A stretch of 64,000 nucleotides of DNA, from positions 93,372,001 to 93,436,000 of the forward strand of contig OZ024742.1 of the NCBI GenBank assembly GCA_964016885.1. Reading direction: 5' to 3'. Below, in pieces: positions 55,507-64,000 of this stretch. The notes beneath the pieces were generated by a model. It saw nothing but the letters and a program-made list of their open reading frames with translations, was not told where the DNA came from and searched no databases. The first letter of the stretch is position 1. The number at the start of each line of letters is the position of its first letter. A program made the translations under genes and the position numbers. This DNA is from Eledone cirrhosa (lineage: Eukaryota).

Positions 55507-55538
<32 letters not shown>

Positions 55539-55559
55539 TATATATCATGCTGATGATGA

Positions 55560-55821
55560 TATATCATCACTGTTTTGTCGTCTGTTCTTCCACACTAGCA
55601 TGGGTTAGACAGGTTGTCCGTCCTGTTGTGGGCAGTGTCCGGTCGGCTGACCTTGTCTTGCTCATACGGGAACTGATTCTGGGTTGATTTCTACAGCTGA
55701 GTAAACTGGAGCAATGCGAAATAAAGTGCCTTGCTCAAGGAAACAACACATCACCCGGTCCGAGAATTGAACTCACAACCTTTCGATTGCAAGCCCAATG
55801 CTCTAAGCCATGCACCTTCAC
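55560..55821 (-). mobile_element. tRNA/CORE-type SINE with an RTE-derived 3' tail
   Basis: The reverse complement shows a tRNA head, the CORE-like block, and then the RTE tail (aacccatgctagtgtggaag...gatgat). Confidence 0.8.
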
Positions 55822-56226
55822 ACATATATATATATTATATATATATATATTATATATATATATATATTATTCAAAATATTAATGAATGAAAAATATTCTC
55901 ATAACCAAAATATATATTTTATTATACATATTTTATTATACAAAGGTACAATGGTGTTTCAGTACGTTTTCATCAGATAAAATATATGAGAGATTGGATA
56001 TGCGATTAAGGTTTTGATTATTAAATTCCTGTAGTGGTAGTAATTTATTTCACCAACCCTCAACATTTTTATACCACAAATAATATGACAAATATATATA
56101 TATATTTTTTTTTTAAGGAGCGATCGACTTTCGTCAAATCGGACCGAGGAAACAATGTTTCCGTTGGTCTTTCCAATTGCTAATACTATCTATCGGTCGC
56201 AACTCCAGGTAGAAGGAGCAACGTGA

Positions 56227-56271
<45 letters not shown>

Positions 56272-57096
56272 AAAATTATAAATGTAAACATGTAAGTATG
56301 TTTTTGAAACGGTGCACGAATTAGAAATTAGAAATTAGAAATTATAAGCTTTCACCGTATTTTAGACTAAAGAAATTTCTAGCCTGATAGTGGGGTTTAT
56401 AACCCTCGGAGAAATGGAAAAAGATGAATGTTGCCATACATATAATATATATAATGGGTGGATTCCAAATGGGTATAGCAGATTACCACAGTTACTCAAA
56501 ACATTAGTACAGTAAAAGCAGCTTTATTTTATATAAAAATGACTTCTATAGGACTAGAACTGTTGCATTTGAATGAAATAACCAGGAATGTTAGACAAAT
56601 TTGGTCTGTTTCCTTATTTATAATTTATTTCAGATGGGTGATGAGAGGGCTAATAATAGGAAGGGATTGATGGGGGAGAAGGTGGTGTACACCATGATGG
56701 AGTGAAGGTGAAGTAGATGAAAGAAGAAGAAGAAGGAGGAGGCAGAGGCAGAGGGTAGGAGGATAAAAGAAAAAAAGTAGATACTAATGGAGGGCAGGGA
56801 GATGAATGAGAATGAGAAGGTGTGTGTGGAAGAAAAGGGAGTAGGAAATGGGTCTTTGAAAAAAACACTTTTTTTTGTAATTTACTAAGAAAACGTTTAG
56901 AATTTTTACCATGCATCACTGGCTTTAGTAATTCTGGTCAAAGTTGTTTATCAAAGTAAATATTTATATATTTGTTATAAGATTGCCGACTGAATACGCA
57001 CGTGTGTTGTTTTTCTCCCCAATTTTTTTTTCTCATTTCCCCATTCCTTCCTCTCTTCATTCTTTATTTTCTATTTATCTTCTATTTCTCACTCTA

Positions 57097-57132
57097 TCTT
57101 CTGATGAAGGACTAGTGTCTGAAACGTTAAGA
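57097..57132 (+). ncRNA. Minimal type I hammerhead ribozyme, paralogue of 52466-52501
   Basis: The sequence is TCTT-CTGATGA-a-GGAC-tagt-GTCT-GAAACGTT-AAGA, set in a ~150-bp context shared with 52445-52595. Confidence 0.7.
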
Positions 57133-57501
57133 CTGTCTTCCTCCTATTTCAATCATTCAAGTAATATGTTTCTCCCATGTACTGTGCCATTTGTTTTGTT
57201 ATTTTTGTTATTACTTTTACATACACACACATATATATATATATATTTATATATATAATTTGTTGCAGGTACAGGTGCTTAAGATTCATTTGGTTGTTTA
57301 CCCCAACTCATTCAACCTGTCATATATATATATGGTAATTGTTCTGTTTTTTCAACAGCCAAAACAACGTTGTCTAGGACTGTATTAAAACTATATATTG
57401 CTAATGTAGTGTAAGTAATATTCTTAATGTTCTGCTTGGTTCTATGATATTTATTTGCAAGATATTTAAAATGTTGTTTACATAACATTATCCATTATGA
57501 G

Positions 57502-57795
57502 CAAGGTTGGATTTAGACCTTGGGGGATGCCCAGGGCATCTCAGATTTTGGGGGCCCCTCATATACAAAAAATTAGAATGCACTCCCCAATTTTACATAT
57601 CAAAGTTAGCTTGACGCAAGTTATTGGGATTGAAAAGTTATAAATACGAGTATTAAATTAAAAAATTCTAACCATCCTAAAACTAAAAGCCCAGCTGAGG
57701 ACACAAATAAATTGTTATGGTCATTGCTGGTGGGGCTCCCCACTGCAGGGGCCTGGGTCAAATGCCCCCTTTGCCTCTTATTAAATCCAGCCCTG
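57502..57795. mobile_element. hAT-type MITE
   Basis: The TIRs are caaggttggattta and taaatccagccctg, and the 8-bp TSD is attatgag / tttatgag. Confidence 0.8.
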
Positions 57796-58391
57796 TTTAT
57801 GAGTGTGCTGTTTTTGGTATTTTCACACCAAATTTATATTGAGTGGTTATGGTGCACCAAGTTGATATTTTGTATATTTCTACTCATGACTTTTCAATAT
57901 ATTGGTACAGTGTCTTTGTGATTTGCGAGTGAGCTATTTTTAGCATTTCTCCCTGTCAACCACTAATTATCGTAGCTGCCATAACAATATGTGAGTTTGT
58001 GTTTCGACTCAAACTTAATTATGGACAATTAATATCTTGTCTAATTAATAAGATGACCTAATGAAGAGAGTTGGTCTCTTTATATTACTAATTATCCATC
58101 TAATTATGGTAATCACTCTGCTTTCTCAAGACCCAAAATCCCACTGTCTAGGACTCTATTAGAACTATATATTGTTATGGTAATGTAAGTACTATTTTTA
58201 AGGCTCTGATTGGATCTATGTTATTTATTGCAAGATATAAAAAATGTTTTATCCATAACATTATCTGTTATGGATTTTGCGCAAAATTTAGATTGAGCAG
58301 TTAGGGTGCAACAAGGTAATATTTTGTATTAAATTCATATATATATATATAATTGTAATACTCAACATTTGATAAAATGAATTTTAATAAT

Positions 58392-58581
58392 TGTTTCTAC
58401 TTTTGAGACAAGGCCAGCAATTATCCCAGTGTATTACTGGTACTTTATTTTATTGACCCCATAAGGATGAAAGGCAAAATTAAGCTTGGCGGGATTTGAA
58501 CTCAGACCATAAAGGGCCGTAACTCTTTGCTGCAAAGCATGGCATCCGATCCTCTCCCGATACTGCCAATCCACTTCCCTT
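58392..58581 (-). mobile_element. Short tRNA SINE with a 12-bp TSD
   Basis: The TSD aattttaataat lies at 58380-58391 and 58582-58593. The uninterrupted target repeat is visible at 10158-10365. Confidence 0.9.
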
Positions 58582-58823
58582 AATTTTAATAATACATCAA
58601 AACCACTAATACTTTATATACATTATAAAACTCTTTTTTAAAAGAATTGTCCATCTCATTTTTTCAATAATGTCACTTTGACGAATCAAAGAAAGGAAAA
58701 CAAAGAAAAATCAGCCCCTACAATATATTTTCCATGCTATTTCCAACTTCACCTTTTCTCTATAACCACTGTTTTGTATAGAACCTTACTTCCCTTTTAT
58801 AATATATATATATATGTATATAC

Positions 58824-58951
<128 letters not shown>

Positions 58952-59028
58952 TGTATGCATTTTATGTATGTATGTATATATAAGAGATATAAGAGAGATA
59001 ACTTTATTTGTACATATTTTTATTACAT

Positions 59029-59103
59029 AATTCTGTCATACATATTTCAAAGATATCAGAGTGGTTGCATAAATACCTTCTGACATGTGCTCTTCAGAGA
59101 GTT
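59029..59103 (-). ncRNA. Decayed hammerhead-like motif
   Basis: The minus strand reads AACTCT-CTGAAGA-g..ATGTCAGA..TCTGATAT..-GAAA-tatgtatgac-AGAATT, and the cleavage triplet is mutated. Confidence 0.4.
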
Positions 59104-59179
59104 TTAGATGTGCAGTGTTTTAGCTTTTGATATGCTACTGGTTCATTGTTGTGTTTAAATTGTTGTCCATTAGACATAT

Positions 59180-59395
59180 GGATAGACAAAAGAAGTAGCA
59201 CGGCAATATCTGTATTAATATGGAAGCTAAAACAGAACCAGGAACAGTACTCACTGTCTTGTCATACACTATCAAATGCATTTCCATATTTAAGCGAATG
59301 TTTGTCACCTGGCTGTGATCTCTGTACAAGAAAACTCTACCCATTATCAATAGAAGACACCAAGTAATTAACAAATGCTCTCACCTATTTAATAC
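59180..59395 (+). pseudogene. PLE endonuclease C-terminal remnant
   Basis: STAISVLIWKLKQNQEQYSLSCHTLSNAFPY...CDLC, then after a frameshift NRRHQVINKCSH, matches the ST.LS..IW.LK...C.LC...N.R.....KC.H tail of C-terminal-EN PLEs. Confidence 0.65.
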
Positions 59396-59705
59396 CTATA
59401 TGCATAAAATTTTGAAAACTTTCCTGAGAATATATAGTTAGCTAATACTGTAAACATTAACCTTCAACTTGACCAGAAAATAATAACTATACCTCAATAC
59501 ATACTTACACAGGAATCTCATCTAATGATTAATATATGGGATGGAAATATAAATACGTAGAATTACATTTGAACAAATTAACAAACAAATAAGTAGATCA
59601 TTCAAATTGCTCAGTATGCAAATTAGGCTAATCAGCTGATATATACTTTAGAGAATATTATATATTCTCAACAGTTCCAAGGTGTAACAGAAGGGAGAAA
59701 AATAC

Positions 59706-59750
59706 ACAATCTTAATAAGGAGCAATAACTCTGAAACAATTGTAGATTGT
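59706..59750 (+). ncRNA. Fossil hammerhead motif downstream of the PLE remnant
   Basis: The sequence is ACAATC-ttaataa-GGAG-caataa-CTCT-GAAAC-aatt-GTA-GATTGT. The stems are intact, and TTAATAA is three transitions from CTGATGA. Confidence 0.5.
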
Positions 59751-60144
59751 TTTGTTCTGTGCTACTTCTGGAACAAATGGATGACATTAGTCAGCTTGAA
59801 CACATGGAGTTATGAGGCTGTTTGCGTGCAAATAAACCGAATATTGATAATATTATCATTATTCACTCACAAATGCATTTACCTATCCACCATGTTAGAG
59901 TGAAAACAAATTTTGCTTTTATATTTATATAGATGCATGTGTGTTTCTGTGTATGTATATATATGTCATATGTCTAAATGTATGTGTATGTTTATATATG
60001 ATGTCTCTGATCTGAGTTATTTTACAGTTTCTGATAATCAACCTCCATCTCCACCCTCCCAACTCATTCTTTCTCCTCCACCCCTGCAAAATAAAGAAAA
60101 ATACAAAATAGATAAAATTTATGATCTGTTTTGTAATAAATAAC

Positions 60145-60858
60145 TGTTTCTACTTTAGGTACAAGGCCAGCAATTACTCAGTGCATTACTGGTACTTTAT
60201 TTTATCGACCCCGCAAGGATGAAAGGCAAAGTCAACCTCGGCGGGATTTGAACTCAGAGCGTAAAGGGACTTAACTATGCTGGAAAGCATGGCGTCCGAC
60301 CCTCTACCGATACTGTTAATCCACCGCGCCATATGTTTTGTAATAAATAACATGGATAATAACGTGAATAATAATAATAATTGTTTCTACGTTAGGCACA
60401 AGGCCAGCAATTACTCAGTATATTACTGGTACTTTATTTGATCGACCCCGTAAGGATGAAAGGCAAAGTTAACCTCGGCGGGATTTGAACTCAGAATGGC
60501 AAGGGCCAATAATAATAATAATAATTGTTTCTACTTTTGGCACAAGGCCAGCAATTACCCAGTGCATTACTGGTACTTTATTTTATCGACCCCGTAAGGA
60601 TGAAAGGCCAAGTTAACCTTTTATTTTTTAATAATAGTTTCTTTTATGTAATGATAATGTATTATCATTATTTTTGTGAATTGGCAGTATCGGTAGAGGG
60701 TTGGATTATGCTTTCCAGCTTAGTTACGTCCCTTTACGTTCTGAGTGCAATTCCCGCCGAGGTTAACTTTGCCTTTTATCCTTACGGAGTCAATAAAATA
60801 AAGTACCAGTAATGTACTGGATAATTGCTGGCCTTGTGCCAAAAGTAGAAACAATTAT
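60145..60858. mobile_element. Cluster of four short tRNA SINE copies (-,-,-,+)
   Basis: The copies are 60145-60333 (-, 18-bp TSD tgttttgtaataaataac), 60380-60508 (-), 60524-60620 (-) and 60680-60858 (+). Confidence 0.9.
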
Positions 60859-60984
60859 TTTTATGATAATAACAATAATAATAAACATAACGATATTAAT
60901 AATAATGTTTTCATTACTTGAAAAAATGCAATGAAATACCATCATGCATGAACTTTTTTATTTCATAAATCACAATTTCAGACA

Positions 60985-62451
<1,467 letters not shown>

Positions 62452-62498
62452 GTGGGTGTCTGAAATTGTGATTTATGAAATAAAAAATTCATGCATTC

Positions 62499-62548
<50 letters not shown>

Positions 62549-62664
62549 CTATCTATCTGAATCTCATTCACCCACTCCTACTCCACCTTATCTTTCTGGC
62601 TTTCCCCTCCCTTTTTGTTTTTCTCTCCCTTTGTCAACCTTTTAACCCCATTGAACAAAATTAG

Positions 62665-62790
62665 CCAGTAGTATTAGCAGTAACAGCAACAATAACACCA
62701 ACAACAGTAACAGCATCAGTTCCAATAGCAGCAGTAGTATTTGTAGTCATCTTCCTAATCACAATCGACATCGTTGTAGTAGTAGCAAAT

Positions 62791-62850
<60 letters not shown>

Positions 62851-63037
62851 ATATTAGTAGTAGTAGTAATAATAATAGTAGTAGTAGTAGAAGCTGTAGT
62901 AGTAGTAGCAGTAGTAGTAGTAGTTGTAGTAATGGTAGTAGTAGTAGTAGCAGTAGTAGAAGCTGCAGTAGTAGTATCAGTAGCAGCAGCAGCAGCAGCA
63001 GCAGCAACAGCAACAGCAGCAACAGTAGTAGTAGTAA

Positions 63038-63072
<35 letters not shown>

Positions 63073-63085
63073 ATAGTAGTAGTAT
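62665..63085. repeat. (TAG)/(CAG) microsatellite tract
   Basis: The tract is directly visible. Confidence 0.9.
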
Positions 63086-63364
63086 CCAGGTATCCAAGGT
63101 GTAAATGTTTCTGATATCAAACAGAATCAGTCTTGATCAGATAAAAAAAAAAGACACTGATTCTTGTTTACCTTATTTTATTTTTTATATTACATTATTT
63201 ATTTATTTAGTAGAATTTCAAAGATTTTCTCCATTTTTGCTATGTCTTCTATCAATCATCTTTTTTAACCCTCAATCTCTCCTTTACTTTTCTCATCTTA
63301 TCTCTCCCTATGCCCCTTGTTCTTTTGTTTCTTATTTGTTGTTGTTATTATCATCATCATCATT

Positions 63365-64000
63365 GCTGGCTTCGGCCCTGCCTTCAGAAGCTGGATCGCT
63401 GCAATGTACAGCGGCACACGATCGGTGGTCAAGGTTAATGGCCACCTCTCGGAACCATTTCGGCTCTCCCGATCGGTCCGTCAAGTGTGCCCTCTCTCTC
63501 TACCCTTCTGTACGTATTGACTCTCGAGCCTTTACTGCGGAAGCTGGAGCTGTTGCAGGGCATCCCGCTTGAACCGGGACGTGGAAGGGCGGTGTCGGCT
63601 TATGCGGACGACATCAACGTGATGGTGTCGAACACCTTAGAAATCGAGGTGGTCGGTACCTTATTGAAGGAATATGAAAGGTTGACAGGAGCCAAACTTA
63701 ACCCGGAAAAGTCGGTGGGCTTGCAGCTCGGAACCTGGAGAGGCAAGCCCATGTCGTCCAACAGCGTCGTGGGGCGCTGGACGGACAGACTGGTAAAGTT
63801 GCTCGGGGTTTGGTTCGGACCAGACCTCCAGGTGGAAACGAATTGGGACAAGGTAACGAGCAGAGTAGCCAGTCTCACCCAAAAATGGGCTGGGAGGAAG
63901 CTATCACTGAAAGGTCGCGCGGAGGTGGCGAATGTGTACATCGCGTCCGTCATCTACTACCGCCTGACCGTCGTGCCTTGCCCCCGTCCGCGCCTCGTCA
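63365..64000 (+). mobile_element. 5'-truncated L1/Tx1-clade LINE RT fragment, continues past the window
   Basis: It is GC-rich and encodes VKVNGHLSEPFRLSRSVRQxCPLS (frameshift) ...SAYADDINV...GAKLNPEKS...LLGVWF...WAGRKLSLKGRAEVAN. It begins at a (CAT)n tract. Confidence 0.9.

Noticed and set aside
55950-55980. Minus-strand CTGATGA...GAAAC
   Set aside because: The 9 nt between the core halves do not pair and there is no stem I.

Overview
This is AT-rich, repeat-saturated eukaryotic DNA, very probably from an octopus or other coleoid genome (inferred from the tRNA/CORE-type SINEs, RTE LINEs and dense (TA)n, (AAC)n and (TAG)n tracts). I cannot support any host protein-coding gene, and nearly all long ORFs in the track are by-products of triplet repeats. 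The only intact coding frame is a Penelope-like element (PLE) reverse transcriptase on the minus strand, open from 1957 to the window edge. It is preceded by a hammerhead-ribozyme (HHR) fold whose stem II is a hairpin of about 105 nt. Six more intact or decayed HHR motifs and two more PLE remnants are scattered through the window. Other mobile elements are many RTE fragments (one family with a PHD-type zinc finger, one 5'-inverted copy), an R4/Dong-like fragment, an L1/Tx1 RT fragment, several SINE families, mariner/Tc1, piggyBac-like, hAT and fold-back MITEs, and a tandem Helitron-like pair. Tandem repeats include a 10.5-kb composite AAC minisatellite, 86-bp and 90-bp minisatellites, and a 2-kb 48-bp satellite that grew out of an RTE 3' tail. 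Local inverted duplications recur next to (TA)n tracts. All family assignments come from motif recognition by eye, and most element boundaries are approximate.
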